Source: Squalus acanthias (taxonomy: Eukaryota). Taken from it: a DNA stretch of 64,000 nucleotides. The notes under the pieces are model-generated. The model saw only the letters and a list, made by a program, of their open reading frames with translations, did no database searches and was not told where the DNA came from. Location of the stretch: NCBI GenBank assembly GCA_030390025.1, contig CM059432.1:81966001-82030000 (forward strand), given 5' to 3'. Position 1 is the stretch's first letter, and each line of letters starts with the position of its first letter. The position numbers were made by a program, and so were the translations under genes. Below, in pieces: positions 43,635 through 56,468 of this stretch.

Positions 43635-44378
43635 GGCCCAAAAATTCGTGTGGAAGCCTTCGTGCGAGGGTAAGACTTCCCCGCGATCTCTCACTGCGCG
43701 TTGGCTTTTTCAGTTCCAGCTCGCACGAATTTGATGTTCTGGACAGCTGCTGTGCTGGGCTTGCGTATCCCACAGGCGCAGTTAATTCGTGCGAGCTGTG
43801 GGATCACGTGACTCAGTTAGAGCCAATGGCAGCACACCATCTTCCATTCATAACTTTCACATAAGTGCTGTGAAAGCTATGAATACTATAGCCCCCCAAA
43901 AGAACAGCTAAACCTCAATTAAATTTAAAAAAAAACCCATCACATTAATAAAATTAGTATAGTTAAATAAATTAACCATTTTAAATAAAAAATTAAATTT
44001 CTGAAAAAATTTAAAATCTTTTAAAAAGTTATAAAAATAAACTTACCTATCTTTAAAGTCTCTAAAAAAGATATACCTGTTAAAAAAAATTCAAAATAAT
44101 ACTTAATTCACTACTTACCTTGTTAAAAGTGGTACTTACTCCTCCTTTTTTTATGTGTAAAATCTTCCATACTTACCTGCGCGTTGAAACCCCTAAGTGC
44201 ACTGCATGCGCGCAGCCTGTAGCGCGCACGCGGTTCAGCTAGGAACCGCCCCCTTTTCCATTCACCAAGTGCCGGTTTTCAGCGCATGCGCAGAGCATGC
44301 AGAAAACCGGCAGTTGGAGACAGAATACGCGAGAGTACACAGTGCGTACTCTCGCGTAGCGGAACTAATTTTTGGGCC
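43635..44378. mobile_element. MITE family D copy 2
   Basis: Nearly identical to copy 1, same satellite flanks, 2350 bp downstream. Confidence 0.8.
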
Positions 44379-46015
44379 ATTGACTGCACACACTACACAT
44401 GGACTGCACACACTATAGACACACAGACTGCACACACTACACAGAAACTGCACACAATACACACAGACTGCACACACTACATACAGACTGCACACACTAT
44501 AGACACACAGACTGCACACTCTACACAGAGACTGCACACAATACACAGACTGCACACACTACACACAGACTACACACACTACACACAGACTGCACACACT
44601 ACACACAGACTGCACACACTATAGACACACAGACTGCACACACAAACAGAGACTGCACACACTACACACAGACTGCACACACTACACACAGACTGCACAC
44701 ACTACACACAGACTGCACACACTATAGACACACAGAATGCACACACTACACACAGACTGCACACACTACACACAGACTGCACACACTACACACAGACTGC
44801 ACACACTACACAGAGTCTGCACACACTACACACAGACTGCACACACTACACACAGACTGCACACACTACACACAGACTGCACACACTACACACAGACTGC
44901 ACACACTACACACAGACTGCACACACTATAGACACACACAATGCACACACTACACACAGACTGCACACACTACACACAGACTGCACACGTTACACACAGA
45001 CTGCGCACACTACACACAGACTGCACACACTACACACAGACTGCACACACTATAGACACACAGACTGTGCACACTACACACAGACTGCACGCACTGCACA
45101 CAGACTTCACACGCTACACACAGACTGCACACACTACACACAGACTGCACACACTACACACAGACTGCACACACTACACAGACTGTACACACTACACACA
45201 GACTGCACACACTACACACAGAATGCACACACTATACACAGACTGCACACACTACACACAGACTGCACACACTACATACAAAGACTGCACACACTGCACA
45301 CAGACTGCACACACTACACACAGACGGCACACACTACACACAGACTGCACACACTACACAGACTGTACACACTACACACAGACTGCACACACTACACAGC
45401 GACTGCACACACTACACACAGACTGCACACACTACCCACAGACTGCACACACTACACACACAGACTGCACACACTACACAGAGACTGCACACACTATACA
45501 CAGACTGCACACACTACACACAGACTACACACAGACTGCACACGCTACACACAGACTGCACACACTACACAGCGACTGCACACACTACACACAGACTGCA
45601 CAATTTACACACAGACTGCACACACTACACACACAGACTGCACACACTACACAGAGACTGCACACACTATACACAGACTGCACACACTACACACAGACTG
45701 CACACACTACACACAGCCTGCACACTCTACACACAGACTGCACACACTACACACACAGACTGCACACACTACACACAGACTGCACACACTACACACAGAC
45801 GGCACACACTACACACAGCCTGCACACACTACACACAGACTGCACACACTACACACAGCCTGCACACACTACACACAGACTGCACACACTACACACAGAC
45901 GGCACACACTACACACAGACTGCACACACTACACACAGACTGCACACACTACACACAGACTGCACACACTACACAGAGACTGCACACTACACACAGACTG
46001 CACACACTACACAAA

Positions 46016-46758
46016 GGCCCAAAAATTCATGTGGAAGCCTTCGTGCGAGGGTAAGACTTCCCCGCGATCTCTCACTGCGCGTTGGCTTTTTCAGTTCCAG
46101 CTCGCACGAACTTGATGTTCTGGACAGCTGCTGTGCTGGGCTTGCGTATCCCACAGGCGCAGTTAATTCGTGCGAGCTGTGGGATCACGTGACTCAGTTA
46201 GAGCCAATGGCAGCACACCATCTTCCATTCATAACTTTCACATAAGTGCTGTGAAAGCTATGAATACTATAGCCCCCCAAAAGAACAGCTAAACCTCAAT
46301 TAAATTTAAAAAAAAACCATCACATTAATAAAATAAGTATAGTTAAATAAATTAACCATTTTAAATAAAAAGTTAAATTTCTGAAAAAATTTAAAATCTT
46401 TTAAAAAGTTATAAAAATAAACTTACCTATCTTTAAAGTCTCTAAAAAAGATATACCTGTTAAAAAAAATTCAAAATAATACTTAATTCACTACTTACCT
46501 TGTTAAAAGTGGTACTTACTCCTCCTTTTTTTATGTGTAAAATCTTCCATACTTACCTGCGCGTTGAAACCCCTAAGTGCACTGCATGCGCGCAGCCTGT
46601 AGCGCGCACGCGGTTCACCTAGGAACCGCCCCCTTTTCCATTCACCAAGTGCCGGTTTTCAGCGCATGCGCAGAGCATGCAGAAAACCGGCAATTGGAGA
46701 CAGAATACGCGAGAGTACACAGTGCGTACTCTCGCGTAGCGGCACTAATTTTTGGGCC
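46016..46758. mobile_element. MITE family D copy 3
   Basis: Nearly identical to copies 1 and 2, same flanks, 2381 bp downstream of copy 2. Confidence 0.8.
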
Positions 46759-47932
46759 ATTGACTGCACACACTACACATGGACTGCACACACTATAGAC
46801 ACACAGACTGCACACACTACACAGAAACTGCACACAATACACACAGACTGCACACACTACATACAGACTGCACACACTATAGACACACAGACTGCACACT
46901 CTACACAGAGACTGCACACAATACACAGACTGCACACACTACACACAGACTACACACACTACACACAGACTGCACACACTACACACAGACTGCACACACT
47001 ATAGACACACAGACTGCACACACAAACAGAGACTGCACACACTACACACAGACTGCACACACTACACACAGACTGCACACACTACACAGACTGCACACAC
47101 TATAGACACACAGAATGCACACACTACACACAGACTGCACACACTACACACAGACTGCACACACTACACACAGACTGCACACACTACACACAGACTGCAC
47201 ACACTACACAGAGTCTGCACACACTACACACAGACTGCACACACTACACACAGACTGCACACACTACACACAGACTGCACACACTACACACAGACTGCAC
47301 ACACTATAGACACACACAATGCACACACTACACACAGACTGCACACACTACACACAGACTGCACACGTTACACACAGACTGCACACGTTACACACAGACT
47401 GCGCACACTACACACAGACTGCACACACTACACACAGACTGCACACACTATAGACACACAGACTGTGCACACTACACACAGACTGCACGCACTGCACACA
47501 GACTTCACACGCTACACACAGACTGCACACACTACACACAGACTGCACACACTACACACAGACTGCACACACTACACAGACTGTACACACTACACACAGA
47601 CTGCACACACTATACACAGACTGCACACACTACACACAGACTGCACACACTACATACAAAGACTGCACACACTGCACACAGACTGCACACACTACACACA
47701 GACTGCACACTACACACAGACTGCACACACTACACAGACTGTACACACTACACACAGACTGCACACACTACATACAGAGACTGCACACACTACACACAGA
47801 CTGCACACACTACACACAGACTGCACACACTACACACAGACTGCACACTCTACATACAGAGACTGCACACACTGCACACAGAATGCACACACTATACATA
47901 CAGAGACTGCACTGTCGGAGGGGCAGTACTGA

Positions 47933-48380
47933 AGCAGCTCCAACAACACTCAAGGGGCTCGACACCATCCAGGACAAAACAGCCCACTTGATTGGCACCC
48001 CATCCACCACCATAAACATTCACTCCCTCCATCTACAAGATGCACTGCAGCAACTCGCCAAGGCTCCTTCGGCAGCACCTCCCAAACCCGCGACCTCTAC
48101 CACCTAGAAGGACAATGGCAGCAGGCGCATGGGAACACCATCACCTCCAAGTTCCCCTCCAAGTCACACACCATCCTGACTTGGAAGTATATCGCCATTC
48201 AATCATTGTCACTGGGTCAAAATCCTGGAACTCCCTCCCATGTGGGAGTACCTTCACCACACGGACTGCAGCGGTTCAAGGCGGCGGCTCACCACCACCT
48301 TCTCAAGGGCAATTAGGGATGGGCAATAAATGCTGGCCTTGCCAGCGATGCCCAGATCCCAATAAAACAAATTTAAAAAA
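47933..48380 (+). mobile_element. CR1-group LINE 3' fragment
   Basis: Encodes AAPTTLKGLDTIQDKTAHLIG...YRHSIIVTGSKSWNSLP (ORF2 C-terminus, frameshifted); ends ...GGGCAATAAATGCTGGCC and an A-rich tail. Confidence 0.75.
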
Positions 48381-49858
48381 AGCTCCCAGCAGAGGCCAGA
48401 GATCCTGCCAAAGTATCTATGGGGCCCTAAGCCAAAAAATGCAGCCATGCTGAAGATGAGCCCCAATTCTGCAAAAGCAAATTACCTGTGCCATAATATC
48501 CACATATTAACACAAGCATAAAGCTTCAGAGCCTCGCTCTGATAACAGCTACCTAAGGTTGACACTCTGCTGGTCGACACTTGAGCATTCTCTCGTGGCC
48601 AGTGCCCTGGGCCCTTTAGGCAGGATGGAGTAGATTTTCCTGTTATTGCATTTGGTGTCAAGGAACACTTCGGCTCTGCAAATAGAGGAAAATCAGTCAA
48701 TTTAAATGGACAGAAAATCAGGTGGGCTCCATTACACACGAGTGACTCTTCCCGCCTAATTTTCCTCTATGTGCTGCAGATAAGCAAACATTTACACCAA
48801 GTGTAAAAAGAGGAAAAACTCCCCGGTAGGTTTGTTCAACAATAAACAGACAAACATCATCCTTTGACCACCAGTTGGATGGTATAATGTGACAAAGGAC
48901 TGATAGATAACCTGTTTTTCCAATGGCCCTCCATCATTTTTCTTCCTTTTTCTCCCTTATTTGAAGACACTGGCTCTTGCTGGAATATGGTTCCATTGGT
49001 ACTTCCAATCCCTGAGTACCTCACCCAAGTGGCCACTCTTCATGTGTGAGTCTAGACAGATTGTTTCAACAAGCTATTCAACTGTGAAAGACATCACAGC
49101 TGAACCCAATCCTGTCATATAAATAAAAACAGAAAATATTTTAGAAGGATCTACAACCAGAACTGTTTCTGTGCTGTAAATACTTTGTAATATTTTGTAA
49201 CATAAAGCTGCCGTTTCTCTTTTCTAATGACGGACCTTTTATCTATATCCAACATTTTCTGGTTTCATTTCCAATAATGCCTTGGTATTTTTCCTATCTC
49301 TAACTGTTAAAACATGCCTGTACCCAGCCTCACCCATTATTATATTAAATGGAACCTTAAAGAGTAAATTTTAGTACTCCTTTCAAAAATCCAACTGTTG
49401 CAATGGATTAAAGTTAACAATTGTCCTGTCAGTCTCTTGATATTGTGAACATTTTTTGGCATCACTGGGGGAATTCTGCTCACAGGTGTTGCTGACTACT
49501 GTACTGAGGGAGCTGAACGAATAACTGCAGAGATAGATGTTTCTGCTCAGACGTGAATGTTAGTTCGGTTTTTACATTGCACATCTTGGGTTGTGCAGTT
49601 CCACAAGCACTCGCCACCCTCTGGTACTTCACCTAAGTGGGCGTTCTTCATGTGTGAGCCCAATATCCATATTAACATATTGCAGCTGGGCTACTAGACT
49701 GCTGCCAGAAGTGGAATCCTGGAAACTCTGGTTTGGGTCAAGATTGCAGGTCATTGGCGGATTGTGATTCCCACGCTGTGAAGGCAGCACAGCAGGATTG
49801 TGAGTATTCAGGCTCATTGTGTCTGATGCAATAACTCGGTGCAAAAATAAAATACAAT

Positions 49859-50503
49859 GGCCTAGAAATTGGATCGCACCGGGTCCAAAATGGCAAGCGG
49901 CGTGCGCACGCCCATTCTGCGCCGGCAGTGCGCCACCCGCCGCATTAGTTAGGGCTGTTCAGTAGGCATCCAGGGCGCATGCCTGAAACTGGTGTTATGC
50001 GCATTGCATAGGCAGATCGGGGGCCTAATGGCTGTTTCAGGCCCCTTTGTCCAATTGGACTACGATTCATCGCCGTGCATGCTGCGGTCAGTTTCTTCTG
50101 GCGCTCAGCAGCCAAACCAGTGGTCCTTGAAGGGACCGCTGGAGGCTGCCACCTGAAAGGCAAGTTTAAAGCTTTTTTACTTGTCTTGTGGAGCCAGAGC
50201 AGGCGTGTTCCTCCTGGCTCCACATTAAAACTGCAAGCAGCTGCCGGCCACCGCTCGCCCTCCCCACCACGTGCCGCCGCCCTATTGCATCCCCCCCGCT
50301 CCCCTTAGCCTGTCTTGCTGCCCCTCCCTGCGCCCCAGTGACCAACGACTTGCCTCTGGACTGCGAATGGCGCCCACAGCTCGCTGGTACTATCCAAATG
50401 TGGCCAGCGGATCAATTTGCCCTGATCCTACTGCTGGCCTCATTAGGTGCGTGCACTGTACCGTAAGCGTACCTTAATTTGGGCGCAATCCAATTTCTAG
50501 GCC
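49859..50503 (+). mobile_element. Harbinger-like MITE family C, copy 2
   Basis: Perfect TIR GGCCTAGAAATTGGAT / ATCCAATTTCTAGGCC; similar internally to 16657-17381. Confidence 0.8.
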
Positions 50504-51080
50504 ATTGTATTCTGCTTCCGATTCAGGAAAGAGTATATATACACATACAAAAAAAAATTAAATAAACAGAAAATGAAAGAACAAAAGAAGAAAAAACGGC
50601 CATGCAATCGGAAAAGATTAGTGTTAACTAAAGGTGCTAACAAGCCTATGAGAAGAGAAAGGTTATCTGATTTTGCTGAATAGATATAATAAAAGTAAAA
50701 TCTACTTTTATTGCTGCCATGACTAATTCAGGGTCTGTCTTGGACTGTAAATCTTTACTTCTGTTTGAAGAGAAAGGCCTTCTTTTTAGCAACACCACAA
50801 CAAGATCAACAACACTATTAACATTATCTTAGATCAGAAGTATTATTGAAGGCAGCAAAGGTCAGCTGGTTCAAGAGGTTGACAGCGCGTGGAATGGTAA
50901 GTTGTCTGGAGCTTTCAAGAGACCAGAAGACGATTTGCAGCATTCACCCCAATATCAGGCTGGCAGACGGCAACCTCCACTTGCAAAACATACCAATGAG
51001 AAGGAAGATTTGGGAATTATTAACCTGCTAGAAAACAATGCTCGTGTCTATTTATAGGGCAGACACATTTAGAACATTAA

Positions 51081-51716
51081 GGGGGAAAAATTTGGTGGCG
51101 CCTCCTTTGGGGCGCTAACGTCGCCGGGGCGCTAATTTTAGCGCCCCGAAAAAGTTAGCGCCCCCGCGCCATAAATTCAGTAGTAGCGCCCCAAGCAGGA
51201 GGCGTGGCACTACTGGAAGTGCTCCCCCTCCTTCCTGGGGCACTACCAGCGAATTTTGTAGCGCCGCGCCATTGCAGGCCTCCCATCCCGATTAAAGAGG
51301 AGGGGTCTAGCGCTGCGCACACCGGGGCCCTGCTGGACCATCGGTGAGCGGGGTGCCGGGAAAACAGCGATCGCAGCCGACACCCCGAAGAAAAAAGGGG
51401 AAGGGGGCAGGTGCTGGCAATCGGCCCAAAAAAAAGATGGCCGCCCACCACCTGCCCTTTAAGTAGTGCCGGCGCGGCTGCAAAAATGCCACCCTGACCC
51501 TGTCAAACATATCGTCCGGCAATAGGTCAGGGGGCACAACCCAAGGTTGCGGCCGGAGCGCAAGCGGGGTGCTGTGCACGGCGATGACTCCATTGCCAGC
51601 GGCGCAGCGCCACAGGGCGCTACTGGCTACCGCCACTGCTAACCTCCCGCTGAATTTTGCGGGAGGCGTTAGCGGAGGCGCTAATGGGAGGCACTAAGCA
51701 ACCCAATTTTTCCCCC
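51081..51716. mobile_element. Harbinger MITE family E (636 bp)
   Basis: TIR GGGGGAAAAATT identical to the first 12 bp of the full-length element at 52663; TSD TAA; many TAGCGCC/GGCGCTA motifs. Confidence 0.9.
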
Positions 51717-53173
51717 TAAGGATGTTCTGGCACCATCAGATAAACCTGGACTGAGTGCTCTCTGATAACCTGTTACAATGTTGAAGTGCATAGTCAAAAG
51801 AATAAGGAAATTCTGTAACATCTAAATTTGTAAAACATGCATTTTCCAGAATGTAATTTTATATTTGCTCCTCTTAGAAGGGTAGGGTTGCAAGCCAGGT
51901 CTTCGTCAGTAGTCATTGTTGTCCCTGGGCTAATATGCAGGAAGATATCCAAGGCGAACAAATGAGCTTTCTGTCAGTGTGGATGACTCTACTTTGCAGC
52001 ATATTGATCAATCTTGTTACTCACAGTACAAAACTGTTTTTTAAAAAGGTGCATATGTTGGCAATCTGAAGTAAAAACAGAAAATGCTGGAAATACACAG
52101 CCGGTCTGTCAGCATCCGACAATTAACATTTCGGGTGGAGACCCAGCCTCAGTTGTTTTGTTAAACCATCCAGTATCCCTTGCTGAGGATGTGGTGGTGC
52201 GCAGTGATGGCGTCAGCAGCTGTCCCAGCTATTTGCCTTAGAATAACATTAAAAATTCCATTAATCATAACAGGAAGGTTTAACAAAACAAATTCTGATA
52301 CATGAGATGTTAAGGTAAAGTGTTGTTTGGTTTTAGCAATTCTGGTGTAAACTAATCGTAGATTCTGAGGTCTATGTAACAAGGTAGGGAGGAACACTGC
52401 CTTTAAAATGGTGGAATGAATGAGCTTGTAACGGTGTAATTCCCAGTGGCTTGAGTCTACTCAATAAAAGTTTTCATACAATTAAATCTTGCCACACTCT
52501 CACAGGAAAAGGAAAACGAGTGTGATAAAAGAAAACCATACTGGTGCAGCAGAGTGATGCTCTTTGGAAGGTGTAGTTGCATCTCTGGCTAGTCTTATAC
52601 CTGACTTGGAGCTGGCCCTAGGTAACAAAATGAACAAATGCTCCTTTTCTGCAAGACTCTTAGGGGGAAAAATTCAGTTGGTTTGCGTCTCCCGTTAGCG
52701 CCTTAAGAGGGCGCTAATGGGGCGCAAAGCAACTAGCGCCCGGGCGCGGCGATATCTGCGCCTCTCGCGAAATTGACCGGACATTTTGCGGCGGCGCTAA
52801 ACAATACCGCCCCGATCTCCTGCGCACGCAGATCTTGACGTCATTCGAGCGTGCAACGCCCTTGGGGTGCCCCGGAACGGAAATTGAGTGGCGCCCCCCT
52901 CCTTTCCGCCTGGCGCAACCAACAACAGGTAGACTGGAATGCTCCCCAGTCGCTGTGGGGCTGGGGGGGGCGCTATTTAAAGGGGGCCTCTTCCTGGCTT
53001 TTTCTGTGGTAGACATTTTTGCACCACTCGTTCTGAGAGAGAGAGAGATTTTGAAAGAGAGAAAGAGAGACTTCTGCATTGAGTCAACGCTGTGTGAAGT
53101 AGTTTTGGCTACTGAGCATAAATTTGCAGGTACTTTGGTTTTTGACCTTCATTACTTTGATTGCCAAGAGACT

Positions 53174-54208
53174 ATGGGGGCTGCACTAATTGCGGGCATC
53201 GTCCTGCGCCAGCAGAATCGGAGGCCACAGAGACGCAGAGAGAGAGTGGCAATCATGGCCAGACAGAGGAGGGCCAACAGGCCTCTGTACAGGAGACCTT
53301 ACCCTCCCAGGGTATTTCGCCAACAATTCTCCTACATTAATATGTCTGAGGAGCAGTGTTTGCGAAGGCTGCGCTTCAGCAAGGAGGTGGTCACTGAGCT
53401 CTGCCACCTGCTGCAGCCAGATCTGCAGCCTCAACTGAGGAGCAGGACGTCTCGGTCGGTGGCAGTGAAGATAACAGTGGCTCTGAACTTTTATGCCACC
53501 GGCTCATTTCAATCAGCTACTGGGGACATCACCAATATCTCCCAGTTCGCGGTCCATTGCTGCATCCGTCAGGTCACAAATGCCCTCTATAAAGGGAGAG
53601 GAGAGTACATCTCTTTCCCCATGACCCCAGCCAAGCAGCATGAACGTGCTATGGGCTTTGCGAGGATAGCGGGCTTTCCCATGGTGCAGGGCGCCATTGA
53701 CTGCATGCATGTGGCTTTGTGTGCTCTGCATGAGAATGCAGAGGATTTCCGCAACCGAAAGGGGTTCCATTCCTTAAACTTGCAGTTGGTCTGTGACCAC
53801 AGACAGCTGATACTCGCTGTCAATGCCTGCTATCCTGGCAGCAGCCACGATGCATATATCCTGCGCCAGACTACTGTGGCAGAACTTTTCCAGGCACCGC
53901 ATCACCCAGGTGGTTGGCTTCTCGGGGACAAGGGATATCCACTGTGCACCTGGCTGATGACACCGCTCCGTACGCCCAACACCCCTGCTGAGCTGCGGTA
54001 CAATGAGAGCCATCTAGCTACCAGGAACATCGTTGAGCACACAATTGGCGTGCTCAAGCAACGGTTCCGCTGTCTGGACCATTCTGGAGGAGCCCTGCAG
54101 TACTCGCCTGAGCGAGTCTCCGCCTTCGTTGTTGTGTGCTGCATGCTGCATAACCTGGCAATCCTCAGGACCCAGCCAATGCCACCAGGCCTTGGAGCAC
54201 CACCAGAG

Positions 54209-54243
<35 letters not shown>

Positions 54244-54337
54244 GGATGATCATCAGCAGCACCAAGGCGGGAGGGAGGCCCACAATGTAGAAACTGGTAG
54301 GGTCGTCCATCAACGGCTGATAGCAAGCCGCTTCTAG
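53174..54337 (+). CDS. Harbinger (HARBI1-like, DDE_Tnp_4) transposase, 387 aa
   Basis: ATG at 53174 (ACTATGG); motifs CLRRLRFSKE, LNFYATGSFQ, GAIDCMHV, NRKGFHSLNLQLVCD, YPGSSHDA, LLGDKGYP, YNESH, IVEHTIGVLKQRFRCL, CCMLHN; poly-Glu tail; uninterrupted ORF. Confidence 0.92.
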
Positions 54338-54648
54338 GCCCCTGCTGAGGAAATGGCTTCTGCCATTGAGAGCAACATGAATGAAACCAACCCGCAACCC
54401 CTAAGCCGGCCAAGGCAGCAATGATTGCAAAGACCAAACATGTATATTTTGAATACAAAAACTTATTTATTTTACAAACTCTGTGTGTGTCATTTCCTCA
54501 TGACAAACTAATAGAAAGAAACACAAAAAAACAGTCATTAACATAACAGGTTCTCACAACCTGGAGATAATGTCCAAAACACTAAACAAAAGTTTGACCA
54601 CGAACCTCGGCCTTTAATAAAAAAATGACCAACATTTTGTCACACCTT

Positions 54649-56468
54649 CTACTTTTTGCCCTTCGAGGGTGATCTCCTTCCCTTGCGTACTTCCCCCCTT
54701 CCCACCCTACTGCTCCTCCGTAATGGGACCTCAGTGGCTGCAGCAAGGCTGCTGGAAGGCTGCTGATTGTCAGAACCTGAGACTGCAGATGCCCTTGAAG
54801 GACGGCCTCGACCAGCTCTGGGCCTCGAGGGCCCGGCTGCAGACTGCACCAACTCTGCATGGGCGGCAGCAGTCTGTCTTACAGGCGGTGGCAAGTGCAG
54901 TGGAGAAGTGACAGTGGTGGCAGCAGGAATGCTGTCATCTTGAGAGATGACAGCAACTCCCTGCTCGACCGACACACTGGCACTCCCACGGGGCAGCACT
55001 TCAGCATCCGGAGCAATCTGCTGGAGCACAGATTGCTGGCCTGCTGCGGCGCGGTGAGAGCCCCGGGGAAATGTGTCTGAACCAGCGAGGATGGCAGCAG
55101 TCAGTGCTCACGTGGCCTCAATCTGAGTCTGCATGAGAGCAGTCAGAGATGGGGTCACGGCAACCAGTGATTGAATTGCAGCACTAAACATTTGCGTGGC
55201 ATCCGCCTGTGCTACAGCGAAGTGCTCCACACTCCTTGCCAGTGATTCAATGCATTCGGGCACCCTTCCCACTGCACCCATGAGCTCAGTGTGCATGTCC
55301 ACCGCCTGGGTGTTCATTTCAGCGATCAGCCGCTCCTCCTCTACGTCCAGTGCAGTAGGACTCGCTGGCATACTCTCCCTCTGGGGAGAAGGCCCCCGAG
55401 CTTCCCTACCCCCATCGCGTTGCTGCAGCCCGCTGGGTCCTGGAGCTTCACCCTCATCAGACCCTTCCCCCCTGCTCCCCTCCAGGGAAGGTGTGTTCCC
55501 AGTGTGGGCATGGGCTTCCTCGGGAGAGGGTGGCGCTGATGCTCCGCCTTCGTCTTCCTCCTCGGCTGCAGCTTCACTCCCACTGGCAGCTTGAGGGCCC
55601 GTCTCCTCAGCTGGTGAATCACCATCTGAAAGCAGGGAGGTACAAGAGTGGCTTTAGCGTGAGGACAGGGTGGCAGTAAGGGAGGAATGAGTGCAGCGAT
55701 TTAGTAAGTTGGATTGAAAGTGTCAAAGGCTGGTGTTGTGAGGGACAAGTGGAAGGAGAGAGGACAAAAAGGTGATGACCTTACCATTGCTGTCCAGAAT
55801 GGGGTCGGCCTATCCAGCGGCGACGGGACCGATCACCTGGCTTGCTACAATCCTGTGGACGCGCTCCTCAAGATCGCTGAGGGGTTGCAGCTGAGGCCGC
55901 CCTCCACCCATCCATTGCTGCTGTCTCCTATTATGAGATAGCTTGGCCTGCAAGAAAAAGGACGGCGTCTGAGTAAATATACAGCCATGGTCTTGCCTGA
56001 TGTGCCTCCCATAGGTGAATAGCCCTTACTCTGTGCAGCCATGGTCTTGCCTGATGTGCCTCCCATAGTTGAATAGCCCTTACTGTATGCAAAGTGTGGA
56101 ATGTGCGTGTGTGTTTCATGAGAGGGCCATAGGTGTTGGATGAGTGTTGTGCATTGGGGTTTTAAGACCTTCTGGCCATAGAGTGAGGTTGAGATGGAGG
56201 GATGGAGAGGTATTGAAAAAAAGCCACTCACCCTGACGACCTGAGTGAGGTCGTTGAACTTTTTTCTACATTGTATATGGGTCCTGGGCACCATGCTCCT
56301 GGAGGAGACGCTCTGTGCCACCTCCCTCCACACTCTTCTGTAATCGCGCGGCAAAGGCCTCCTGCCACTCTCTGGGTACAGTATTGATCTTCTGCGCTCC
56401 ACCGCGCCAACCAGAGCCTCCAAGGCCCGCTCGCTGAAGCGCTGTGCTCACTCCCTGGCCCTCTCCAT
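54649..56468 (-). pseudogene. Harbinger Myb/SANT-like DNA-binding protein gene (NAIF1-like), 3 exons, 3 premature stops
   Basis: Exons 56468-56232, 55947-55785, 55625-54649 with GT..AG introns splice to 459 codons in frame; RFSERALEALV...WREVA...RTHIQCRKKFNDL motif; stops TGA 56450-56448, TAG 55812-55810, TGA 55110-55108. Confidence 0.85.
55982..56089. repeat. 54-bp tandem duplication in intron 1 of the Myb gene
   Basis: CAGCCATGGTCTTGCCTGATGTGCCTCCCATAG.TGAATAGCCCTTACT at 55982 and 56036. Confidence 0.9.

Larger units (their letters stand above)
22883..47912 (+). repeat. ~25 kb satellite, 20-bp unit ACTACACACAGACTGCACAC, with higher-order structure
   Basis: Continuous tandem array with 18-22 bp variants; rare variant motifs recur at ~2.9 kb; interrupted only by three copies of a ~744-bp element. 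Confidence 0.98.

Noticed and set aside
22883..47912. CRISPR array or telomeric repeat
   Set aside because: No unique spacers or cas genes, eukaryotic context, and the unit is not TTAGGG-like.
22824..47932. Very long His/Thr/Cys-rich ORFs (up to 1702 aa) as protein-coding genes
   Set aside because: They are open in all three + frames because the 20-bp satellite unit lacks stops; 2-bp indels switch frames freely; no non-repetitive domain is present.
52835..53173. 113-aa N-terminal extension of the transposase in the ORF track
   Set aside because: Starts at TTG, crosses the subterminal/promoter region and a GA microsatellite; ATG 53174 gives a typical Harbinger transposase length.
53174..54337. 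Host HARBI1 gene
   Set aside because: It is enclosed by perfect TIRs and a TSD with a partner Myb gene, so it is a transposon copy, not the domesticated locus.
55108..56450. Selenocysteine or programmed readthrough at the in-frame TGA codons of the Myb gene
   Set aside because: A TAG is also present, both TGAs fit CGA>TGA decay, and I saw no SECIS-like element.
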